Below, in pieces: positions 1 through 12,000 of a stretch of DNA of 64,000 nucleotides. Numbering within the stretch: the first letter of the stretch is position 1; each line of letters begins with the position of its first letter. Source of the stretch: Mobula hypostoma (taxonomy: Eukaryota). The translations under genes were made by a program, and so were the position numbers. A model generated the notes under the pieces. That model had not been told where the DNA came from, did not search any database, and saw nothing but the letters and a program-made list of their open reading frames with translations. Location of the stretch: NCBI RefSeq assembly GCF_963921235.1, contig NC_086107.1:115260001-115324000 (forward strand). Direction: 5' to 3'.

Positions 1-214
1 GCAATAAACTGCTTCCCTGAGAAACACCTGCAGCCTTGCACCCCCAAAATGGAGAAAAGATGCTGACCACAGCACTGCTCAATCTGTATGCAGCCGTGCC
101 TGGATTTGTTTCTGTTGTGGTCCATGGGTCGTATTTTATTTCCAGTCAGCACTGCATATCTGCAGGGCTAACCCCTGGGGAAGTGCCCAACGGGGGACAG
201 AGAACTCATGGGTT

Positions 215-764
215 GGTATTGGTGTTTTGTCTTTCTCTTTTCTCAGCTCAAGCTGGTAAAATCTGAGGTACAGGCACAGCTAAGCACATTTATCTCACAA
301 TTGTTAGGAACTTTCAGACTATTCCAGCGCTGTTTTGTAATGTGGATTTCTAGAGATTTGCATAAATATTGCTGTGTAGGTATAATTGTTTAATGCTATT
401 GTGTAGTGTGTTTGGGATGATACCAGCTGTAGATATTACTATCAGGACAATTTATACCCTGTTCATGTTCCATAGTCTTTCAATTTCCTCTTTTAATTCA
501 GCATATTTCTGGTGTTTTTCACTGATTGATTTTTGTATGTTATGTGGTTTGGAATGGCTATATCTGTTAAGTTGTTCCTGCTCATTTATCATGTAATATA
601 TCTGGACAGTTCTTATGGATTGTCCTATCTGTAACAATGGATTGGTTGTAATATAATTTGTGGTACTCTGACTCTAAAACTGGATCAGGCTTGTATTTAC
701 AGTAAGGTACGTGGTTTTTTGAGTTTGTATTTTAAAGCAAGATTTTGATGAATGATGTTTGTCA
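215..764 (-). mobile_element. 3' part (restriction-like endonuclease, REL) of a decayed R4/Dong-clade non-LTR retrotransposon
   Basis: Minus-strand translation with frameshifts gives NIIHQNLALKYKL..YKPDPVLESEYHKLYYNQSIVTDRTIHKNCPDI..DIAIP..HNIQKSISEKHQKYAELKEEIERLWNMNRV..VISTAGIIP, a PD..D REL core typical of R4/Dong/Rex6 elements. Confidence 0.8.
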
Positions 765-2387
765 GGTGAGGTTGATGTTCTGGAGCATGTTGATATTAAG
801 GGAGAGGAGGTGTTGGAGTTATTAAAATACATTAGGACGGACAAGTCCCCGGGGCCTGACGGAATATTCCCCAGGCTGCTCCACGAGGCAAGGGAAGAGA
901 TTGCTGAGCCTCTGGCTAGGATCTTTATGTCCTTGTTGCCTACAGGAATAGTACCGGAGGATTGGAGGGAGGCAAATGTTGTCTCCTTGTTCAAAAAAGA
1001 TAGTAGGGATAGTCTGGGTAATTATAGACCAGTGAGCCTTGCGTCTGTGGTGGAAAAGCAGTTGGAAAAGATTCTTAGAGATGGGATCTATGGGCATTTA
1101 GAGAATCTTGGTCTGATCAGGGACAGTCAGCATGGCTTTGTGAAGGGCAGATCATGTCTAACAAGCTTGATAGTTCTCTGAAGAGGTGACCAGGCATATA
1201 GATGAGGGTAGTGCAGTGGATGTGACCTATATGGATTTCAGTAAGGCATTTGACAAGGTTCCACATGGTAGGCTTATTCAGAAAGTCAGAAGGCATGGGA
1301 TCCAGGGAAGTTTGGCCAGGTGGATTCAGAATTGGCTTGCCTGCAGAAGGCAGAGGGTCATGGTGGAGGGAGTACATTCGGATTGGAGGATTGTGACTAG
1401 TGGTGTCCCACAAGGATTGGTTCTGGGACCTCTACTTTTCATGATTTTTATTAACGACCTGGATGTGGGGGTAGAAGGGTGGGTTGGCAAGTTTGCAGAT
1501 GAAATGAAGGTTGGTGGTGTTGTGGATAGTGTAGAGGATTGTCGAACATTGCAGAGAGACATTGATAGGATGCAGAAATGGGCTGAGAAGTGGCAGATGG
1601 AGTTCAACCCGGAGAAGTGTGAGGTGATACACTTTGGAAGGACAAACTCCAAGGCAGAGTACAAAGTAAATGGCAGGATACTTGGTAGTGTGGAGGAGCA
1701 GAGGGATCTGGGGGTACATGTCCACAGATCCCTGAAAGTTGCCTCACAGGTAGATAGGGTAGTTAAGAAAGCTTATGGGGTGTTAGCTTTCATAAGTCCA
1801 GGGATAGAGTTTAAGAGTCACGATGTAATGATGCAGCTCTATAAACCTCTGGTTAGGCCACACTTGGAGTACTGTGTCCAGTTCTGGTCGCCTCACTATA
1901 GGAAGGATGTGGAAGCATTGGAAAGGGTACAGAGGAGATTTACCAGGATGCTGCCTCGTTTAGAGAGTATGGATTATGATCAGATATTAAGGGAGCTAGG
2001 ACTTTACTCGTTGGAGAGAAGGAGGAAGAGAGGAGACATGACAGAGGTATACAAGATATTAAGAGGAATAGATAGAGTGGATAGCCAGCGCCTCTTCCCC
2101 AGGGCACCACTGCTCAATACAAGAGGACATGGCTTTAAGGTAAGGGGTGGGAAGTTCAAGGGGGATATTAGAGGAAGGTTTTTTACTCAGAGAGTGGTTG
2201 GTGCGTGGAATGCACTGCCTGAGTCAGTGGTGGAGGCAGATACACTAGTGAAATGTAGGAGACTACTAGACAGGTATATGGAGGAATTTTAAAGTGGGGT
2301 GGGAGTTATATGGGAGGCAGGGTTTGAAGGTCGGCACAACAATGTGGGCTGAAGGGCCTGTACTGTGCTGTACTATTCTATGTTCTA
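765..2387 (+). mobile_element. 5'-truncated CR1 LINE (ORF2 reverse transcriptase, frameshifted near 1180)
   Basis: ORFs 759..1181 and 1186..2292 carry KSPGPDG, NYRPVSL, DFSKAFDKVPH, GVPQG, FADE (FADD mutated) and RPHLEYC. The 3' tail is (TTCTATG)n. TGTCA is duplicated at 760-764 and 2388-2392. Confidence 0.95.
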
Positions 2388-3650
2388 TGTCACTTGATTG
2401 TGGCTGGGTAAGTAATCAGATTGAATTAAACTGCTGCAGGATCATGTAATTTGTTTTGTTTTGGCATTTTCTGCATTTATCTTGAATTTGTTGGTCTTTT
2501 TATGTATTTTTGATTTTTTTTGTGTGTATTAACCTCTTGGTCCTGTATTACCAGAAGGAACCCCATTTCTGGGAGGAAGTCTCCAACTCTGAGCTAGGTG
2601 TTTGATGCTTCCTTGTTGATATCTAGTCTGCTCAGATCATGAGGACGTCTTCCATCGAGGGTCATGGGTTCCATTGGCTAACCTTTCCTTCTGTAGTGAT
2701 AACTTCTTCATTTTTCCTGTGCTTTGATTTAAATGGTGTGTGCTTCTTATCAGAATTGCATATGCTTGTGTGGAGCGTTGAATCCAGGTTTTGTTGATGA
2801 AAATGTATCCTTAGAAGTTTTAATCTGACTAGTGTAAATTTTTAAATGTCTTTTGTTCCTCTTCCTTCTGCAGTCCTGGGTGGTGTTAATCTAAGTACAT
2901 TCATAGTGTTTTCTAAAATTTATCATTCCAGTTCTTATTTTTCTTTGTAAATTTTCCAGATCGGTTTAGGATGTTATGCCAAAAGGATGTTACTATGGGT
3001 CTAGTGAAAGTGTTTATTGCCTTTGTTATATTTTACTGTTGAGCTCTGCTTTGCAGATTTTCTTAAGCCTTGAAGTAAATTCTGTCAAATGTTTTCTCTT
3101 TATCACACTATGATCTATTTTCTGAGTTTGTTGATATCCCAGACAATTGTGATTCATGTTCATGCATCGGTTACATTGTATCCCTGCTGCTCAGCTTCCT
3201 ATTCCACCAGCTCTGTTGCACCTTTCTTTATGTTTAATATTCTGTACTTAGTGAGTCCAACATTCACATTTGTACCTTTCAAAAATAGTTCTACAATTTG
3301 AATTAATTGCTTTAGCTTTACTGATGAAGGAACATATAATTTTGAATTGTCAAGGTACAATTTATTTGGTTGTTTCTGATTTGATGCCCTAATCTCATCC
3401 GATTGAGTAAATTAGAGTGCGAGTTTAACACTAGAGGAAACCACAGTGGGCTTGGAGAGTCACCTTGGAAAAATGCCTCAGTTTATTTTGATAGTGGTGG
3501 TTGTTTTTCGGTTATTAGTAGATAGGGTGATTCTGCTTCATTAGAAGTTTCACAAGTATTGGCTGTAGTGTCAGTACATTGTGTGGGACAGAATCAATTG
3601 CATTTTGGTCGTCAATATAATGTGAAGATGGCCTTTTTTTCATTCTAAGT
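2388..3650 (-). mobile_element. RT and zinc-knuckle part of the same R4/Dong-clade element
   Basis: Degenerate minus-strand motifs: YIDDQNAIDSVPH, RGIFQGDSPSPLWF, LYLDNSKLY (YxDD position), GFLLVIQDQEVNT, DKCRKC and HNQV. Confidence 0.8.
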
Positions 3651-3798
3651 TTTTTTTTCTTGCAAAAGTTCTGAACAATGGATATTTAATTGATGTTTTT
3701 CTTGAATACTGTGTATCCTTTGCAATGTGCCTCTGTTGCTGCTACAAGTAGGTTTTTCATTGGATAGTAGTACAATCACTCAAATTGAGTATCTTGTT

Positions 3799-4225
3799 GC
3801 AGGATCCATCATCAGAGACCCCCACCAGCCGGGACTTGCTCTCTTCTCACTACTGCCATCAGGGAGAAGTTACAGGAGCCTCAGGACTCGCTCCACCAGG
3901 TTCAGGAACAGTTACTACCCCTCAACCATCAGGCTCTGAAACGAAAGGAGACAACTTCACATAATTTCTCTTGCCCCCATCATTGAAATGTACCCTCAAA
4001 TAAAGAATTCGCTTTCGAGGACCCTTCATCTCATGTTCTCAATTATGTATTGCTTGGTTATTTACTATTATTTTTGTATTTGCACAGTTTGTTGTCTTCT
4101 GCACTTTGAATGCACAAGTTGGGCAGTTTTTCATTGATTCTGTTATGGTTGTTATTCTATAGATTTATTGAGTAGGAATCTCAGGGTTGAATGGTGATAT
4201 GTATGTACTTTGATAATAACTTTAA
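3799..4225 (+). mobile_element. Rex1/Babar LINE 3' end fragment
   Basis: IIRDPHQPGLALFSLLPSGRSYRSLRTRSTRFRNSYYPSTIRL followed by an AT-rich 3' UTR. Confidence 0.8.
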
Positions 4226-4824
4226 GGTTTATTTTCTGAAGGGTTGATAATTGGTGGGTCTTCAGACTGTGAAGGCCAGTCTGGGCTCCACAATTTCGGG
4301 TGCGGTGTGGACACAAGTGGTGGCTGTGGTTAGTGGTTGGGCCTTTTGGTTGTTGGGTCTCTCCTGCCAATTGTTCTCTGCAGCACAGCAGAGTCTGCTT
4401 TCATGTATCGCAGCTCCCTTTCCTCCAGCTGCATCTACTGACTGCAATGTCTTCCCAGATTTTAGATGTGATGTCGAATTTCATCAAGCCTTTTTAGGTG
4501 TTTGCTTTGGCCTACCAGGGGCTTGCTGCTTCATTTCACCTGCACATTTGACAAGACAGGCCATTCCTTGTATGATAACAAAGTATGCCTGTGTGAATAT
4601 GACAATACACTTTGACTTAGTTGAGTTGAGGGATGGGAGAGCCTTTAAAAGGAGATGATCACTTAATGCCTTTGCTGATCCGATCCTGAGGCATTCAATG
4701 GCCACTGATTAACATGAACACTCTCCCCCTCCTTCCCTGATTTGTTTCTGTGGGGCAGATTCGGAGAATCCCACACCCAGTGATTGCTTTCAATGGCCTC
4801 AAGGCATCAGTCAGTGAAGTTGTG

Positions 4825-5010
4825 AATGCAAGATTCTGCAAGTGCTGGAAAAACTCAGCAGGCCAGGCTGCATCTATGGACAGGAATAAACAGCTGGGCT
4901 GAGAGCCTTCATCAGGAATTAAAAAGAACCCCTCAACTGGGGAGGATGGGAGAAAGGAGAGGGAGGAGAGAGTTGTGAAGAGACAGGGAAGGAGAGCAGT
5001 TGGAAAGGGA
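4825..5010 (-). mobile_element. Penelope-like pLTR fragment with decayed hammerhead
   Basis: Homologous to the PLE termini at 18950-19155 and 34440-34610. CTGATGAAGG is present on the minus strand but GAAAC is lost. Confidence 0.6.
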
Positions 5011-5129
5011 AGCTCTCCAGGGCAGAGAGGTGGGGGAGGGGGAGAAGGAAGAGGTGGAGAAATAGACTAGCAATTGATTTAAAAGAGAGAGGTCGTAGGA
5101 GGAGAGAGATTTATGACAACCACTCAGGG

Positions 5130-5385
5130 GCTCCTTTGTTTTGTGGCGATTTGATAAGAACTTTAGGGGCAGCTTGTTTTTCCACCCAGATTGTAGTTGG
5201 TATATGGAACCAGCTGCTACAGAACATGGTTGAGGCAGATACATTAACAACAATTGAAAGACACGTGAACAAGTACGTGGATAGGAAGGATTTTGAAGGG
5301 ATATGGGGCACAAGGGACGGGTTTAGATAGGAATTTTGATCGGTATGGACAATTGGTCCGAAGGGCTTGTTTCTGTACTGTAAAC
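5130..5385 (+). mobile_element. CR1 3' end fragment
   Basis: FSTQIVVGIWNQLLQNMVEADTL..NKYVDRK plus a CR1 3' UTR (gaagggcttgtttctgtactgta). Confidence 0.7.
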
Positions 5386-5489
5386 TATTATAGGAGGCCC
5401 CTGTTTTGTAAGTACATTACTATATTGTTTATTCACCCCGTATTTGAATATTATATTCTTCATCTAAGGCACTTGGAGCGACGATTAAC

Positions 5490-6630
5490 GAATTCTGCAA
5501 GGGTGTATTTGGCGTAACGCGGGAGTCGCGCACTCCCCTCGCCCCACATAAAACCTTGCTTTGCCGTCTTTCGGGGGCGTTGCTGCACAGGTATGCCCAC
5601 CCCCATGTTTTTGGTTTTAATTCGCAGAATTTGCCTTGATTCCCTTTAAATGTTTTGCAAGCACAACATAGCCCCAGTTTAGCGTCACAGCCAATCAGGC
5701 TGCAGGGTCCTACCCCTTTCTCCCTGACTGATTGTAGGCTGTGCCAATTAGAGGCCGAACTGTGTTTGGCTCTGACCAATCACCGGGCGGAGCGGAGGTG
5801 CGACGGTGGGATTTCGTGGCAGGGAGATGAGATGGACAGCCCACCAGGCCCTGCGGTTGAAGAGATCGACGTGAAGACAGACCAATGGCAGTTCGGGTAC
5901 GGGACAGGATGCGAAGTGTCGAGTAATCGCAGCATCTCGGTGGGTGGGGCCGCCAAGGGACAAGTCCCCCTCCCCGCCCGCAGTCCGACTCCGAACCATG
6001 GGCGGAGTGACGTCCTCGCTCACCAATCAGTGCGGCGGCCGCAAAGGCTGGCGGCCTGGCCAAACCACGGTACAGACCAATAAGGAAGCGCAGGAATGAC
6101 AGAGCAGGGCGTGCTCCAATCACTACCCACCATGTCGTTGAGTGACAGGCGGGACGCTTATAGGGGCAGGGGCGTCTTTACGGACAGGAGGGATAGACCA
6201 ATAGGAAGGAGGAATTGTCCGGGAGCGAACACCAGTGATAGAGAGAGAGAAACGGAAGGGCGGTTCAACCAATCAGCTGGTGTGGAGGCGGGAGCAGTGG
6301 CGCGGCGCGAGCGGTGGCGGTGGTTGAGGTGGAACGAAGCGGCGGCTGAGGAGGCAAGAGAGACACACACAGAATAGAGAGGGAGCCCGAGGTGACCCAC
6401 GGCTAGCCACGTAACCGACACCTGGAGCCGTCCGAGGACGGGAGAAAACGATCGGCCCCGGTCCGGAGATCACCGCGGCGGCAGCGATGAGGTGACGGAA
6501 AGGGGGGGAGGGGAGGGAAAGCCGGCGACTCTGGCGCGCATGCGCACTGGGGAGGCGGAGTGGCCTGTACCTGGTGAGGGGAGCGCTACTTCCTGTCAGC
6601 GCCGCGGCACCTGCTCGGCTGGGAAGGGTG
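5490..6630 (+). promoter_or_regulatory. CpG-island promoter (distal, P1a)
   Basis: CpG-dense. Nine + strand CCAAT boxes (5691, 5744, 5776, 5882, 6023, 6077, 6116, 6198, 6269), GGGCGG boxes, a CRE-like TGACGTC at about 6008 and an NRF1 palindrome GCGCATGCGC at about 6536. Confidence 0.8.
6487..6491 (+). CDS. ATXN2L: ATXN2L candidate alternative first coding exon 1a (ATG AG, phase 2)
   Basis: gcagcgATGAG|gtgacg has a purine at -3 and a GT donor at 6492. Phase 2 joins exon 2 in frame (MRGRSSVKG...). No transcript evidence. Confidence 0.55.
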
Positions 6631-6704
6631 AATGTGGTGGGAATGGGAAGGGAACCGATTGGGTAAGGGTGATGGAGGTAGGGATTGGAGTAAAGAACTC
6701 AGGA

Positions 6705-7790
6705 AACAGTTGACACTTCGGTCCGAAACCCCTCATCAGGACTAGGCAGAATAAGAAGGTAGGGAAAGGTGACTGAATTACATGATGGCAGATAATGGGT
6801 GAGGAGGAGGGCATTCTCTTGCACTTTATCGTTTATCTGCAGCATACTCTTTCCGTGGCTTTATTCTGCATTTGAATTGTTTGACATTGTTCTGGATCAA
6901 TGCACTGTGTGTTGAGTTGTCTGCATAAGCACTATGCAAGACAAGTTTTTAACTGTTTCTCTGTGCATGTGACAATAATAAACCAATACCAAGGGGTAGG
7001 TGGGAGAATTAAGCAAGAAGCCGGGAGGTGAGAGGTAGAAGAAGTAAGAGAATGAAGAAGGGAGCTAATAGGACAAGTTAGTAGACCATGAAAGGAAGGG
7101 AAGCAGAAAGAGGTAAGGAGAAGGGACGGGGGGGGGTGGTAAACTAGAATGGGGAGAAAAGACAAAAGGGGGGGAAGGAATAATTACTTGAATCTGGTGT
7201 AGTTGATGTTCATGCAGAGAAAACTGTCAGGACAGACATTTAGTGGGTAGGGACAAGGGAGTCACAGAGTGATCCCTGCGGACAGTGGGGGGGGGCGCAT
7301 TGGAAAAGATGCGCTCAGTAAAGTTCCTTTAGTCCTCACCTGCCACTCTGAGCCCCTGCATACAAACTATCATTTTCTGCAACTTCCATCTTCAACAGGA
7401 CCCTGCAACCAAACACATCTTTATCTCCGCTTTTCGCAAGGATTGCTCCCACTGTGTCCATCTATCCATCCCTACTGATCTCCTCCTTCCTGGCATTTTT
7501 TCCCTACAAATGGCCAAAGTGCTCCATCTGCCCATTCACCTGCATTCAGGGCCCCAAACAGTCCTTCCAGGTGAGATAACACTTCACCTGCAAATGTGTT
7601 GGGGTCCTTTATTGTATCCAGTGCCATCTCCATTGCGGCATTGGTGAGACCCGACATAGAATGGCGGACCACTTTGTCAAACACCCCCGTTCCATCAGAG
7701 GAAAAACAATTTTCCGATGCCACCCATTTTAATTCCTGTCGCTATTCCCGGTCTGACATGTCGCTCTATGTGCTCCCCTTCTGCCGCCTT
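6705..7790. mobile_element. Decayed Penelope-like element, inverted arrangement (minus arm then plus arm)
   Basis: Minus arm has a decayed hammerhead at about 6707-6745. Plus arm 7320-7790 matches the GIY-YIG region (VPLVLT, IQGPKQSFQVR, IGET, ATHFN). Confidence 0.7.
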
Positions 7791-9139
7791 TAACAATGTA
7801 CTAATCCAAGAACATTCAGTTATTATCTTCCCCTATGTAGTTTCAATGGGACAGTATCAGAATGTCCCACACCCAATGACTGGTCTTACTAGCCACCAGG
7901 TAATCAGTTAGAAATTAAACTGTGTACAGTCTTCAGGAAATGAAATCTATTTCTTGTTTTGTTTAATCCATAATTGTTGTTCATAGTGTCATAGCTGCAG
8001 AATGATTCCTAACGTAGTCCATGCTGACCAGAGCCGCCTCCTGGTTTGTCCCAATTGCTTGTGCTTGGCCCATAACCTTCCAAGTCCCTCTATGCCTCTT
8101 CAATGCGATTGTATCCACCTTGACCAGTTTCTTTGGCAGCTCATTTCAGGTACTTAGTACCTTACCTGTAATCAAGTTTAGAATCAGATATATTATCACT
8201 GACAAAACTTGTGCAATTTTGTGTTTTGTGGTAGTAGTACAATGCATTATGTAAAACTACTGTAAACTACAATAATAGTATATGAAATATAGTGCAAAAC
8301 AAGCTAGTGAGGTCGTAATCATGTGTTTATTGGATCATTCAGAAATCTGATGATGGATGGGATGAAGTAGTTCTTGAATCACTGAGTGTGGCTGTTCAGG
8401 ATCTCATACTTCCTCCTTGCTGGTGGTGACAGGAATAGGGCATGTCCTGGATGGTGAGGGTCCTTCTAGTGGATGCCACTTTTTTTTCCAGGCATCTCCT
8501 TGATGGTGGGAGGGTAGTGCCTGTGATGGAGTTGGGTCTCTTTTCAATCTCTACTCTCCTGTATGTGCCCTCTAGTTTTGTACTCCCTGACCCCAGAGAA
8601 AAGTCTGACCATTGATTTTATCCAAACACCTTATGACTTTATAACCAGCGTTCTCCTATGCTCCAATAGTGTGGCCAACCTCTCAGTATAGCTCATAACC
8701 TCTAGTCCAATCAGCATCCTTGTAATTCTGTCTGCACCCTCTCCATCTTGTTAATGTTTCCTATAACAGGGTGACCAGAACTGCAGAGTAGAGAGTACTT
8801 GCATAATTGCAACATAGTATTTCAGCTCCTCACCTGGATGGCCTGACTGGGCTTGTAAAGTAGGTTTCAAGGCTGATGAGCTGTCCCAGGGGGAGGTGTA
8901 GAGTGAGGTGGGTACTGCAAGTGGATGATTTTGTGGAGTGGAACGGGCTTGTGGGACAGTGTGATCCACTCCCTGCCACAAAGGTTTTTTAGGGAAGTGG
9001 GCTGGAGTCAGGAGTGTGTGGTTGGCTCCAGATCGAGGGTACACAAGAACTTGAATAGGTTGGTATGGAAAACATCGATAGTTTCTCAGGATTAATCCAT
9101 GGATTCTTGCAGGACACTTCTGTTAAGCAATGATTCCTG

Positions 9140-12000
9140 AACTAACTGAATCTAGTGTTGTAGGCATTCACAGTAAAACAAAGAATCAGTGGAAAACTAC
9201 ACACAGATTGACAAATGACCAATGTGCAAAAGAAGCCAAATTGTGTAAATAATAAAAATGAATTAACATGAATGACTGTGAGCCCATTAGTTGTGGAATC
9301 AGTTCAGTGTTGAGGTGAGTGAAATCATCCATGCTGATTCAGGAGCCTGATGGTTAAAGGGTGATGACTGTTCCTTATCCTGGTGGGATGGGACCTGAGG
9401 CTTCTGTACCTTCTTCCTGACAGCAGCAGCAAGAAGAACGTGGCATGAATATTGGGGGATCCTTGATCATGGATGTTGCTTTCTTGTGGCAGCGTTCATT
9501 ATGAACTCAGTGGTGGGGAGGGCCTTTGCCTGTGATCGACTGAGGTGTATCTGCTACTTCGTAGGTTTTTCTGTTCAAGAGCATTGCTGTTTCCATATCT
9601 GGCCGTAATGCAACAAGTCAGTAAACTCTCCACTGTGCTTCTCTGAAAGTGTGGATGATATTGTGAACCTGCACAAACTTCTAAGAAAGTAGAAAGCTGT
9701 TGTGCCGCCTTCGTAGTGGCAGTTGTGTGCAGGTCCTAGAACTGACCCTCTGAAATGATAAACACCAAGGATTTCAAAGTTACTGCCCACCCCACCTCCA
9801 ATCCCCTAATGAGGATTGGCACATTCTTCTTCCTGTTGTCAACAATTGGCACTTGTTTTTGCTAGTGTTGTGTAACACCACTCAACCCGATTTTCAGTCT
9901 CCCTCCTATTTACTGATTCGTCACCACCTTTGGTTTGGTCAACAACAGTAGCATCATCAGCAAGTTTAAATATGGCTTTGGAATTATACTTAGCCACACA
10001 GACATAGAGCTAAGCACAGAGCCTTGTGTGCACCCGTGCTGATGGTGAATGCGGAGCAGATGTTGCCAAGTTGTATTGACAGGAGTCTGCAAGTGAGGAG
10101 GTTGGAGATCCAGTCGCACATGGAGGTGTAGTGGCTTCAGTCTTGGAGTTTAGTTGTTAGTTTTGAGGGGACGGTAGTGTTGAATGCTGAGGTATAGTTA
10201 ATGAGGAGAATCCTGCTGTATGCATCTCTGTTGCGCAGATTTTCCAGAGCTGACTGGAGAGCCAATGAAATGGCTTCAGCTATTGGCCTGTTGTGACAGT
10301 AGGAAAATAAATCAGCTATGATGGAATGGGCCAAATAGCTTAATAATGCTACTTTGTGTTAGTAACAGAGACACAAAAGGCTACAGATCATGGAATCTGA
10401 ATATTACAAGCAAACTGCTGGAGGAACTTAGCAGGGCAGGCAGCATCTGTCGAACGAAATGTGCTTGGGTCGAGACACTTCATAAAGTTCAAAATAAAAT
10501 TTGTTATTAGAGTACATGAGTGTAACCACGCACAACCCTGTGATTCTTTCTCTGTGGTTATACTTGGCAAATCTATGGCACATTAACTATAAACAGTTCA
10601 TCTGAATCTTTCTGAAGGCTCTTGGCCTAAAATGTGGACTGTACTCTTCTCCACAGATGTTGTCTGGCCTGTTGAGTTCCTCCAGCATTTTCTGTGTTGT
10701 TGAGCAGGATCTGTGTACTGTAAACATCAGGAATTGTAAACAGATTGTACAAATGCTGATAGTAGCAATAATAATGACCACAAAATAATAAGTCCTTAAA
10801 TGTGTAGTTTTCCCCTTTTGTTCAAGAGATTGACAGGTCTAGTAACTGTGAACCTGATAGAGTGAGTCCTGGGACACCTGTACCTTCAGCCTGATGGCTG
10901 CAGTGAAAAAAGCATGGCCTGGGTGGTGAGGATGTTCGGATGCTGCTTTTCGAAGGCAATGTTCCATATAGATTTGCTTAATGGTTTGGAGAGTTTTACG
11001 TGTGATGTACTGAGCTGAACCCACTACCTGTTGTAGGATTTTCTGCTCAAAGGCATTGGTGTTCCCATATCAGGCTGTAATGCATCCAATAAGCACAATT
11101 TTTCCACCACATATCTATAACTGATATGCTGCAAACCAGCCTCTCAAAAAACTTCATTACTGTGGATGTAAGTGCCATTGGGCGATAGTCATTTAGACAG
11201 GTTACCTTGCTTGTCTTGGGCACTATATGATTGACGCCTGCTTGAAGCAAGTGGGTACCACACTGCTGGAGGGACGGTTTGAGATCTCTGTGAATACACC
11301 AGCCAGTTGGTCAGCACAGGTCTTCAATACTTGACCAGGTACTCCATCAAACTGTACGCTTTCCTTGGATTCACTTTCTTGAAGCCAGCTCCCGCACCTC
11401 CTCTTCAGATACTGAGACCTAAGGATCGTGGGGAGACTTGTGGGTGCACGATGGTTCCACCCTGTTCTGGTGATTAAAACAAGTATAGAAGGTATTAAGT
11501 TCATCTGGAAGTGAAGCTCTGTTGTTCCCTATGTCGCGAGGTTTAACTTTGTAGAAGATTATGGGATTCAAACCCTGTCATAGCTGTCAAACATCCCTTG
11601 TTGATTCTAGTTTTGACCAGAATCTCCACTTTGCCAGAGAGAGATCTTTACGGTGATTATACCTGCACCTCTTGTAGCATTCTTGATGTCTAGACTTGAA
11701 TGCCTCTGATCTGACTCTCAGCAGGTCCTGGATTTCATTGTTCAGCCAGGAATTGGGGTAAACCCTGAATGATTTCATGGAGACACACTCATCCACAGCT
11801 GTTTAAATAAATTCTGTAATGACCCTGGTGTAGTCACTCGGGTCTTCAGATGAGTTCTTGAACGTGGCCCAGTCCTCTGACTTAAGGCAATCCTCCGCCT
11901 CCTGCAGTCACCTCCCAGTTGTCTTGATCTTAAGAGCCTAGTACTTTAGGCTCTGTCTGTATGTAGTTAGTAAGAGTACAGCCAAATGATCTGAGTGACA
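9140..12000 (-). mobile_element. Cluster of decayed Rex1/Babar LINE fragments (short PLE pieces at about 10370-10705)
   Basis: [67 protein letters not shown] and HPHHPGHAFF. Confidence 0.8.

Noticed and set aside
1186..2292. Active or domesticated reverse transcriptase
   Set aside because: 5'-truncated, frameshifted near 1180, and the catalytic FADD is changed to FADE.
5655..6473. ORFs within the distal CpG island
   Set aside because: Expected by chance in GC-rich DNA; no homology recognisable.
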